DNA of 64,000 nt from Eledone cirrhosa (taxonomy: Eukaryota). Each line of letters opens with the position of its first letter. Positions within the stretch are counted from its first letter, which is position 1. Below the pieces are notes generated by a model. The model made no database searches and was not told the DNA's origin. It was given only the letters and a program-made list of their open reading frames with translations. Of this stretch, positions 53,812 to 64,000 are shown piece after piece. The stretch covers positions 35,774,001 through 35,838,000 of the forward strand of contig OZ024745.1 of assembly GCA_964016885.1 (NCBI GenBank), in the 5' to 3' direction. The translations under genes and the position numbers were made by a program.

Positions 53812-54302
53812 AAATACATACATATGCACACACACACATAGAAATATCCGAGACCCCCAGTAGAATAATAGAATTAAATAACATAATAGAATTAAATAAC
53901 ATAACACTGGCCAAAAACTTAATACCGACTAAACATCGCAGCTGCTTTAGACTCTAGAGATTTTTACTTTTTACTATTTAATTTTATTATTTTTATATCT
54001 TTTTTTATTCATTTATTACCTTTTAATCTCATTTTATTAACCCATTCTATAACGTCCCACCATCTAATTCCTCCAGAATCCCTTGTCGCCTGCTTCCTTA
54101 CTAGCCTAATTTCATAACACTGCTTACAATTTGCTGTATAGAATTCACTTTCAACTCTTGACCGGCTCCACACACTCCTTCATTGTTCTACAGGCAAGTT
54201 CAGACACCTCCACATCCCACCCACCGCTATGAAAGATTTAATTGTGTTTACAAGAAATGTTGACCAATACTTTTCAAAACTACAATCTTCCCATATAAGG
54301 AA

Positions 54303-54403
54303 TTACCCCTTGAAAAGTTCGGCTATTTATTTACCACGCTAAAAATTCTAATTTAATCCAGAAATAGCCGTCGAAACGGCTTGAGCTCTGCCGTCGGCGT
54401 TAA
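54303..54403 (+). ncRNA. Type I U3-A8 hammerhead (family D, only complete copy)
   Basis: TTACCCC-TTGAAAA-G..CGGCTATTT/AAATAGCCG.C-GAAA-CGGC(TTGAGCTCT)GCCG-TC-GGCGT. Other copies read GGGGT after the cleavage site, a perfect partner for ACCCC. Confidence 0.72.
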
Positions 54404-54490
54404 ACTTTTCCTATTACCCACTCTACTACCCTAAGTATTGAGTACTCTGGTACGTTATGGTCCATCTGGTTCCTTACCACACCTCCTTCG

Positions 54491-54526
<36 letters not shown>

Positions 54527-54889
54527 CCTTCTGTATATATATAAATAACAGTTTAAAGTTTAAGCAAAGAATCGCTGCTTTCACCCTTAACAGTTCTTAT
54601 ATATTTGATATATATTTATCGTTATCGAGCCCTCTTTGGATTTTAGTCTTCAAATTTATTATTATTACTATATATATATAGTCCAGAAATAGCCGTCGAA
54701 ACGGCTTGAGCTCTGCCGTCGGGGTCATACTTTTTCCTATATATATATATAGTAATAATAATAAATTTGAAGACTAAAATCCAAAGAGGGCTCAATAAGG
54801 ATAAATATATATCAAATATATAAGAACCATTAAGAGTGAAAGCACCGATTCTTTGCTTAAACTTTAAACTGTTATTTTAATATATATAT

Positions 54890-54925
<36 letters not shown>

Positions 54926-55128
54926 GTGTATATTAGGAAATGAATAACAGAAGGTTATATATATATATAACGAAAGAGGTGTGGTAAGGAACCAGATGGA
55001 CCATAACGCATCAGAGTACTCAATACTTAGGGTAGTAGAGTGGGTAATAGGAAAAAGTTTAATCCCGACGGAAGAGCTCAAGCCGTTTCGACGGCTATTT
55101 CTGGACTAAATTAGAATTTTTAGCGCGG

Positions 55129-55130
<2 letters not shown>
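54330..55130. repeat. Compound inverted repeat of family D plus a second module, interspersed with (TA)n
   Basis: 54330-54670 is the reverse complement of 54750-55130; the spacer holds another HHR 3' half (54680-54740); the second module recurs at 57429-57580. Confidence 0.85.
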
Positions 55131-55195
<65 letters not shown>

Positions 55196-55580
55196 CATAA
55201 AATTCCCTAAAAGGCTACAAAATAAATTCCCAAATACGGGCGCAAAAATTTAATGAACTTGTTCACGTGACACCCATAATTTCATTTATAACCAATCAAA
55301 TTACATTTAAAAAAAAAGCCTTCGTAAGCCCCTGTTTTTAAGTAAAAAGAAATTCAAACCCTCATATATGAAAAAACAATCTGAGCCCCCCCCCCCCCCC
55401 CCCTGTTTGAAGAACTTTATAACGAGAACTGGTGCGAAATTTATTATACTTATTGACCAACCAATCAAATTACTTCTCTAAAAACCTGGCGTTTCGAGCC
55501 ACTTTTTCCCGTATAAAACAAGTAACATTCAAAGACCACCCAGATGTGAGAAAAACCACAGACCCTCCATCTCAACTCTA

Positions 55581-55616
55581 CTTTTGAAAAGCAGAAGAAC
55601 TGCGAAACCGGTAAAG
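55581..55616 (+). ncRNA. Minimal U3-A8 hammerhead (family G)
   Basis: CTT-TTGAAAA-GCAG(AAGAA)CTGC-GAAA-CCGG-TA-AAG. Confidence 0.72.
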
Positions 55617-55688
55617 CAACCAAATAAATATATATATATTTTTTTAAATAAGTCTCCAGTTGCATTTTCGATTTCATCTTTTTTTTTT

Positions 55689-55724
<36 letters not shown>

Positions 55725-55775
55725 AATGAAAATAGAGGAATTAATGTGAGCAAGAAGCCAATAGTATTTCATAAT

Positions 55776-55834
<59 letters not shown>

Positions 55835-56689
55835 TGTATATCAGGAAGTGAATAACAGGAGCTTTTGGCAGAAATACGTCAGCTCAGTATCTTAATGTAA
55901 GTCACCAGAGGAATACACTTAATCAATTAAGTTGTTTCTCAGACCGTAAACTGTCAGTTAATTGCCAGTGGACATCACTAATTTCATATATTCTGGAGCA
56001 GGGTTATGTCTGTTACATACGTGCCTCCAACACACACAAATATGTGTGTATGTAAGCATGTGTATTTATATATGTGTGTGTGTATATATATATGCATATA
56101 TACATACATAGATATATATATATACATGTGTGTGTGTGTGTGTGTGTGTGAGTGTTTATGCGTGTTATTTTTAAACATTCTGCTCAACTAAATTGAGCGC
56201 AGAATTAATTTTGATCCTTCTATGTACATAAAACAACGTCTTCAGTATACATATATAAGTCTATGCATGCATGTATACTATTCTTTTCCAAGAATTACAA
56301 TTGCCTAAGGAAATTTAATGAATGATTAATATATTTATATTTTGCCAGTCTCAATGGTTCGGAAAGAAAATTATTTTGAATGTTAGAACCCTTCTTCATT
56401 AGATGACGCTCGTCAGGAAGCACGGCTGAAAATCTCTTTCTACCTAAAGGGAGGTTTTTCTTTTAAGTGTGAATATTTCCTCTAAGGTAGACTGACACAA
56501 GGTCTATTCCAATGGTTATCTATTTCCTCATATCTCACGTCCTTATGTTACTGTCGGTTCATCCGTTCAAGTAATATACCTGGATTGAGCTCAACTATAT
56601 ATGTGTTAAATGAAACAACAATTAACATATCAGCACTTAGGAATAGAACCCAATAGATAAGGACTGTAGAGTATATATGTCCATAGTGA

Positions 56690-57300
56690 ATGATGATGAC
56701 ATCTTCTTTATTTTAGTTCCCGTCTGCCGTGGGCTCGAAGGTAGCTGTGGAGGCCGATCTTGACTTGCAGGTCCGAGGGGGGCAGTGGGGGCAGGGGAAG
56801 ATACCGGAGTCGCTTGGTGCCGCTTTTGATGCCTTTCTCCTCCTTTCACAAGCCTCAGTGACCTCTGCCCGTCACTTCTCTTCAAAAGAGTCATGTTCGT
56901 GTCTGGTAAGGGATCGCCACTCAGTCCTGTACTGAGCATGAGACTCAAGTTGTTTTGGGGCGATTCCAGTATTGTTCATACTGGACTTCACGCAGATTTT
57001 GAACCTCTTGAGAGGCCTGTCCCGCTTTCGTTTCCCCGAACACAGTTCCCCATACATCAGTTGCTTCGGAAGCCTGTGATGTTCCATCCGGATGACATGT
57101 CCCACCGATCGAAGTCAGCTCTTCAGTATTATAGCTTTGACACTGGTTTTCTCAGCCATGTCAAGAACTTAGAGGTTAGAGACATTGTCCTGCCATTTGT
57201 TGTTCATGATTGACCACAGACTGCGCATGTGGAACCGTTCCAGCTGCTTCAGGTGCCTCTGTACAGGGTCCATGTCTCACATCCATAGAGGAGGCTGGTG
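56690..57300 (-). mobile_element. RTE/BovB-like LINE 3' fragment
   Basis: TSLLYGCETW, LERFHMRSL, GHVIRMEHHRLPKQLMYGEL..GKR..RPLKRFK. Confidence 0.85.
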
Positions 57301-57576
57301 AAAAACACCCACCTCACCAAGTAAACATGGTGGGATTGCCAGTTTAGTCGCCGACGACCCTACCATGTGACAGGTTCTACTGGTTTACATGTTACCAGTA
57401 GCACTAAAGAGTGGCCTGCTATATATATAAAATAACAGATTAAAGTTTAAGCAAAGAATCGCTGCTTTCACCTTTAACTGGATCTTCTGAAATTTGCTCT
57501 AGCGTTCTTATATATTTGATATATATTTATCCTTATCGAGCCCTCTTCGGATTTTAGTCTTCACATTTATTATTAT

Positions 57577-57616
<40 letters not shown>

Positions 57617-57620
<4 letters not shown>

Positions 57621-57749
57621 GTAGAACACTGGAAGGTAATATCCGTAGTGGTAGAGAACTCAGTCCATGGGACGAGTTAGGTACAAGTGGTTAGACAACA
57701 GTTAGTTCACCATACTGAGAACAATTGTTTCACCTTAGCGGATGGTCAT
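57617..57749 (-). repeat. Short (TA)n-embedded repeat with an HHR 3' half; another copy at 43586-43668
   Basis: Minus strand GAAA-CAATTG-TT (palindromic stem III); ~80 bp shared with 43586-43668. Confidence 0.55.
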
Positions 57750-57764
57750 ATATATATATATGTG

Positions 57765-57823
<59 letters not shown>

Positions 57824-58016
57824 TTAATACAATAACAGAGATACAGAGATAGTTTAAAGCTAAACTCTGACTGGTAACCATCTCACTCAACAAACATTAG
57901 GTTATATTTAAATATAAACCCAATTTAAGTGTTTGGGATGCTAACAATATGTATAATGTGGAAAAAACAGTTGTATTATTTTATGAGATATAATTAAAGT
58001 TAAAGTATATCTCTCT

Positions 58017-58141
58017 TTCCAAACAATTGTTTCATTATAAGTTTTCTACAAGTTGGGAGAATGTTTCCAGTTTATGTAGAAGCCTAATATATATTCATGT
58101 AAGAATATATTTAGGTGGGCACTTATAAACCATCAGTGGAA
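58017..58141 (-). ncRNA. Hammerhead related to family B, A9G core change
   Basis: TTCCA-CTGATGG-T-TTATAAG...CTTATAA-T-GAAA-CAATTG-TT-TGGAA. Confidence 0.6.
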
Positions 58142-58202
58142 GCCCGTTAAACTTTGATATAAGAAAATAATTTCTTACCGCTGTCAAAAATCGTATATAT
58201 GT

Positions 58203-59345
58203 AAGACGTAAAATAAGAAAATTTTAAAAATTAAAAATTAACTTACTAAAATTTTCACTCCAACTAATTAGTTTCTGTAATGGGATAAATATAGTTACAC
58301 AATATAACTATCGAGAATTCAATACGTCATCAGGTAGTCTATTCTCAGCTAAGTTCCCAGGCAATGCGCGGACACTAGGAACCCATATAAAAATAATAAT
58401 TCAGTGGATGTAATAAGCTAGCGAGGACTAAATTCCATAGCACTGAAAAAGTTCACTGCCTCTGGTCAGTGGCAGATTCTAAAGAATCAATCACGTGACA
58501 CCGAGGTTAGTCAGTTAGGAGTGGGGTGGTATTATGACAAGAGCCTACTACTACTACTATGAATTAGCTGTAGATTTGGCAAGTTTGCTCAACAAATAAT
58601 TTGGAGATAAATATAGAGAATTATTACATCTACCAACATATGCGTACAGATGTACACTAATGCTAGCAAATATATAAGTTATGTCAAAGTACCTAGGTGG
58701 TTCTATGCAGGGGGATGCAGAACAATTATATGAAAGACGTAAAATAAGAAAATTTTAAAAATTAAAAATTAACTTACTAAAATTTTCACTCCAACTAATT
58801 AGTTTCCGTAATGGGATAAATATAGTTACACAATATAACTATCCTGAATTCATTACGTCATCAGGGAGTCTATTCTCAGCTAAGTTCCCAGGCAATGCGC
58901 GGACACTAGGAACCCATATAAAAATAATAATTCAGTGGATGTAATAAGCTAGCGAGGACTAAATTCCATAGCACTAAATTCCGACGCAGTAGGCAGTGAT
59001 TTTTTCAATGGCTTGGAACTTAGTCCACGCTTTGCTTTTTTCCATCCACTGAATTATTTTTGTATAAGTTCCCTGTGTCCACGTATTGCCTGGAAACTTA
59101 GCTGAGAATAGACTTCCCTGATGACGAAAGGCTTCTCCGTACGTTTCTTCGGAAACTATGTTTATTCCCTTTCAGAAACTAATTAGTTGGAGTGAAATTT
59201 TAGTAAGTAAGTTAATTTTTATAATTTTCTTATTTTACGTCTCTCATATTATTGTTCAGCATCCCCATGCATTGAACCACAAAGTTACTAAGACAAAACC
59301 TATATATTTGCTGGCATAGGTATGCATCTGTATATATATGTTAGC
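58203..59345. mobile_element. Family C HHR element: 531-bp direct tandem (minus strand) plus a diverged inverted copy
   Basis: 58203-58444 is repeated at 58734-58975; inverted copy ~59040-59345; HHRs at 58257-58338(-), 58788-58869(-) and 59114-59193(+). Confidence 0.85.
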
Positions 59346-59358
59346 AGATATGCTAATT

Positions 59359-59450
<92 letters not shown>

Positions 59451-59688
59451 AGATCGAGTATCGAAAAATCGGCGCACGAGTTCACGATAAACGAAATTCG
59501 ATATGAGCGGCAGAGGGCTCAATAATTCAGATGAATCAGAGCTATAACTATCGTTAAAATACCGTCACATATAGAACAAGTCTACAATCAACCATACGAT
59601 TTAAAATCGATAAAGGAAGATTCGGGACAAACAGATAAAAAAAATCAATAAAACAATACGTCAATAATTTAAATGAATGTAAAATCAT

Positions 59689-59824
59689 ACCCGGACCCAC
59701 TAGACAGGTGTTAAATCTAACTTCATGGGTTTCTGTAAATCCTTAGACTGTACTCTATCAGCTCACATATAAATATAAAAGCCTACTAGAATAAGCGGAA
59801 CGGAGGTTTACTTTCTCAACGAGT
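59689..59824 (-). ncRNA. U3-A8 type I hammerhead, unit 1
   Basis: ACTCG-TTGAGAA-A-GTAAACCT...AGG(A)TTTAC-A-GAAA-CCCA..TAGA..TCTA..TGGG-TC-CGGGT. Confidence 0.78.
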
Positions 59825-60304
59825 TTTTTCCTGGCGGCAGAGGAGCCAACTACCAGTGAAAAACGCACATGGCATAAGACAAGGGAGATGACCCCTATAT
59901 CCGCGAAAACAATTCGAGTGAATGTGGAAATACACATATCGAATTAGAGTGCTCAATAGACATGTTAAAATAAAACAAAAGCTATTCATCACTCAATAGA
60001 ATCGACAAAAAATGAGCAATAAAATTAACTGGTGGATAGCTATGTCCAGAGCTAAATATATTAGAAAGATCGAGTATCGAAAAATCGGCGCACGAGTTCA
60101 CGATAAACGAAATTCGATATGAGCGGCAGAGGGCTCAATAATTCAGATGAATCAGAGCTATAACTATCGTTAAAATACCGTCACATATAGAACAAGTCTA
60201 CAATCAACCATACGATTTAAAATCGATAAAGGAAGATTCGGGACAAACAGATAAAAAATATCAATAAAACAATACGTCAATAATTTAAATGAATGTAAAA
60301 TCAT

Positions 60305-60440
60305 ACCCGGACCCACTAGACAGGTGTTAAATCTAGCTTCATGGGTTTCTGTAAATCCTTAGACTGTACTCTATCAGCTCACATATAAATATAAAAGCCT
60401 ACTAGAATAAGCGGAACGGAGGTTTACTTTCTCAACGAGT
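60305..60440 (-). ncRNA. U3-A8 type I hammerhead, unit 2
   Basis: Same fold as unit 1, offset +616; stem III extension CTAGA/TCTAG. Confidence 0.78.
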
Positions 60441-60920
60441 TTTTTCCTGGCGGCAGAGGAGCCAACTACCAGTGAAAAACGCACATGGCATTAGACAAGG
60501 GAGATGACCCCTATATCCGCGAAAACAATTCGAGTGAATGTGGAAATACACATATCGAATTAGAGTGCTCAATAGACATGTTAAAATAAAACAAAAGCTA
60601 TTCATCACTCAATAGAATCGACAAAAAATGAGCAATAAAATTAACTGGTGGATAGCTATGTCCAGAGCTAAATATATTAGAAAGATCGAGTATCGAAAAA
60701 TCGGCGCACGAGTTCACGATAAACGAAATTCGATATGAGCGGCAGAGGGCTCAATAATTCAGATGAATCAGAGCTATAACTATCGTTAAAATACCGTCAC
60801 ATATAGAACAAGTCTACAATCAACCATACGATTTAAAATCGATAAAGGAAGATTCGGGACAAACAGATAAAAAATATCAATAAAACAATACGTCAATAAT
60901 TTAAATGAATGTAAAATCAT

Positions 60921-61056
60921 ACCCGGACCCACTAGACAGGTGCTAAATCTAGCTTCATGGGTTTCTGTAAATCCTTAGACTGTACTCTATCAGCTCACAT
61001 ATAAATATAAAAGCCTACTAGAATAAGCGGAACGGAGGTTTACTTTCTCAACGAGT
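60921..61056 (-). ncRNA. U3-A8 type I hammerhead, unit 3
   Basis: Same fold as unit 1, offset +1232. Confidence 0.78.
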
Positions 61057-61536
61057 TTTTTCCTGGCGGCAGAGGAGCCAACTACCAGTGAAAAACGCAC
61101 ATGGCATTAGACAAGGGAGATGACCCCTATATCCGCGAAAACAATTCGAGTGAATGTGGAAATACACATATCGAATTAGAGTGCTCAATAGACATGTTAA
61201 AATAAAACAAAAGCTATTCATCACTCAATAGAATCGACAAAAAATGAGCAATAAAATTAACTGGTGGATAGCTATGTCCAGAGCTAAATATATTAGAAAG
61301 ATCGAGTATCGAAAAATCGGCGCACGAGTTCACGATAAACGAAATTCGATATGAGCGGCAGAGGGCTCAATAATTCAGATGAATCAGAGCTATAACTATC
61401 GTTAAAATACCGTCACATATAGAACAAGTCTACAATCAACCATACGATTTAAAATCGATAAAGGAAGATTCGGGACAAACAGATAAAAAATATCAATAAA
61501 ACAATACGTCAATAATTTAAATGAATGTAAAATCAT

Positions 61537-61672
61537 ACCCGGACCCACTAGACAGGTGTTAAATCTAGCTTCATGGGTTTCTGTAAATCCTTAGACTGTA
61601 CTCTATCAGCTCACATATAAATATAAAAGCCTACTAGAATAAGCGGAACGGAGGTTTACTTTCTCAACGAGT
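61537..61672 (-). ncRNA. U3-A8 type I hammerhead, unit 4 (complete within the partial unit)
   Basis: Same fold as unit 1, offset +1848. Confidence 0.78.
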
Positions 61673-61721
61673 TTTTTCCTGGCGGCAGAGGAGCCAACTA
61701 CCAGTGAAAAACGCACATGGC

Positions 61722-61757
<36 letters not shown>

Positions 61758-61885
61758 TACTTGGGGAGGGACATATTGTTGAAATAATATTGCCAGAATT
61801 AATAACACAACACACTCAGTGTTTGGTTGGTTTTCGCTTCTGTATCAGTTAATTTATTCGGTCCTCAATGTTTACCATTGACTGA

Positions 61886-61929
<44 letters not shown>

Positions 61930-63060
61930 AGAGAGAGAGAGAGAGAGAGAAGGGATCATTTTGTTAACGAACTTATGGGGTCATGAAAACTATGGATAAT
62001 GTTTAATACAAAAATAACGAAGAAAAATCTCAGGTAACAATCTAAAAACATCTCATAACTTTCTTGCTAATGAATATTTATAACTACAAATTCGGCACAA
62101 TTCATTTTTTTCCATAATGCAGTTTTATATTATTGTAAGAAAGTGTTAAACAAAAAGTATTAGTAATTGATTTATTTTTAAATACTTTTATTTATGCTCA
62201 AAATTATTGAAAATTGTAAACTTGTATTTGAAATAGACTAAACTTAAGCCCAAATATGTTTCGTCATGCTTTGCAATTTCGTGTTCCTAGTGTGAATGTT
62301 TCTTGCTGAGATATATAACATCATAAATTTTATACAACAGGCAAAGTCAATTCTACTTGCGAAAAGATTGAGAATCTTATAGATTTTGCAAGCAAACTAT
62401 TTTTGTTGAAATCTTATTTATCGATATTGCAACCTTGACTTGCCAGTAGTGAGTATTAATAGCAGTACAACAGCGTGATTCAGAATGAATGTGTAATTCA
62501 TTATGTTTATATTTATTATGCTTATATGTAATGATATTAATAGGTACTCATTTTTAACTTGTATCCGTGCTTTTTGTACGTGTGTGGACTCAGTGCGAGT
62601 GGACATCCTAACGTTGACGGATATCAAATAAACTGGATAATGGTGAATAGCTAGTCATCGACCTTATGAGAGACTGCACTTGATTAGATGTTATTTGCAA
62701 ATAGAATATGATATCACAGTGACCAAAATCTACAGATATATATGGTTTGACTTGTCAATTGAAACAAATCAGACTGGAATGTACTCCTGGACAAATCAGA
62801 CTCGAATGTATTCCTCTCAACTAGGAAGACGTATTGTATATATAGGAGAATAAATATTTGACTTACACTTAGTTTTTAAATAGGCTACCGATAAGTTTAT
62901 AGGACTACTTATTATTGAAATAAAGATTCATGAGGAAAGTTCAATTTTCCTTTTTTCTATGTGAATAAAGTAATTCGGATAACTCTTAAAAGGGAGAAGT
63001 ACTTGAAATTTATTGTATTTTCTGCATATAATTTTGTACGTTTGCACTCTCTTCATGAAA

Positions 63061-63242
63061 ATAATTGTTTCTACTTTTGGCACAAGGCCAGCAATTAACC
63101 AGTACATTACTGGTACTTTATTATATCGACCCCTTAAGGATGAAAGGCAAAGTTAACCTCGACGGGATTTGAACTCAAACCATAAAGGGACGTAACTATG
63201 CTAGAAAGCATGGCGTCCAACCCTCTACTGATACTGCCAATT
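63061..63242 (-). mobile_element. tRNA-derived SINE
   Basis: Reverse complement of the SINE family (GGATTTGAACTC = box B). Confidence 0.9.
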
Positions 63243-64000
63243 CACAATGAAATTGGATTATAATCTGAAACCACTAGATCTTTTACCGTCGATAATCCTG
63301 TCATATCGACACAATGACATCAACGTTGGCCATCTTGCTTCTAGTTTTCTATATTTCATAACTCTTCACCTCCCTGTGAACATTTTAGCTTTTTGTTTAT
63401 TATTTACTTTCCAGCGCGTATATTCTACAAAGGAGATATCAATAACCCAGCCTTGTTCGAACTTAATTTCGATTATTCAAATTGCTCACATTGTGTCTAA
63501 TTGCCTCGAGATAATGACAGCACCATTGAATTAAAATCGAAATAATATTGATTCTCAATATCTGGAATAAAGGTATTGTAGAAAAACACTATATAAAAAG
63601 TGAAGTATATATAGATATGTTCATACATTATTTCTCACGTGGCCTATAGATTTTGTATCGCTGAGTTTAATGATTCACCGACAACACCACAAAATCTGAT
63701 GTGTTTCTTCTATGGATACATGTGCTTTCGCTACTTCATTTTAATGAATTGAAGAATAAACCACGAGATAGTGGATGCTAATTGAATGATACTAGAGTTA
63801 AACAATTTGAACTATTGACGCTCAGTTTGATGGGTTATAAATCGTCGAAAAAATTCATGCTGCGTCAAACCTCCTCTACTAAAAACCCAACATTGTGTCA
63901 AAAGAAATTAAAATTCATAGACTATGTATTGGAAACTAAATATACATATGAGCATGTAGGGCATTCTAGAAAAAGCCTAAAGAATATGAGTTATAGATGA

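Larger units (their letters stand above)
59447..61724 (-). mobile_element. 616-bp tandem array (3.7 units), candidate non-LTR retrozyme (family H), inserted in (TA)n
   Basis: Units start at 59447, 60063, 60679 and 61295; only ~4 substitutions seen among units; no ORF of 60 aa or more; one HHR per unit. Confidence 0.85.

Noticed and set aside
59447-61724. CRISPR array, rDNA or snRNA tandem interpretation of the 616-bp repeat
   Set aside because: Whole units are identical with no unique spacers, and no 5S, tRNA, snRNA or histone sequence was recognised.

Overview
This is AT-rich, microsatellite-dense eukaryotic (metazoan) DNA. The SINE family, the (TA)n/(TCTA)n/(ATT)n density and the LINE content suggest an octopus-like cephalopod, but that is inference. 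No host gene is confidently identifiable, and most ORF-track entries are microsatellite or antisense artefacts. Mobile elements include two Penelope-like element (PLE) fragments, six copies of a tRNA-derived SINE, a decayed DD37D (maT) Tc1/mariner transposon and several RTE/CR1-type fragments. There is also a 13-kb pile-up of LINEs in an (ATT)n tract: three R4/Dong copies (one with an intact 1130-aa RT-RLE ORF) and a near-complete Tx1-clade element. The main hidden signal, found by manual folding, is about 20 type I hammerhead ribozymes (HHRs) from about 9 unrelated non-coding repeat families. Most sit in or next to (TA)n tracts as tandem or fold-back copies. The best case is a 3.7-copy, 616-bp ORF-less tandem array (59447-61724) with one minus-strand HHR per unit, carrying a non-canonical U3-A8 core (UUGAGAA). 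It is a candidate large non-LTR retrozyme (circular RNA precursor). The same U3-A8 swap occurs in two other families. All ribozyme calls are hand-folded and untested.
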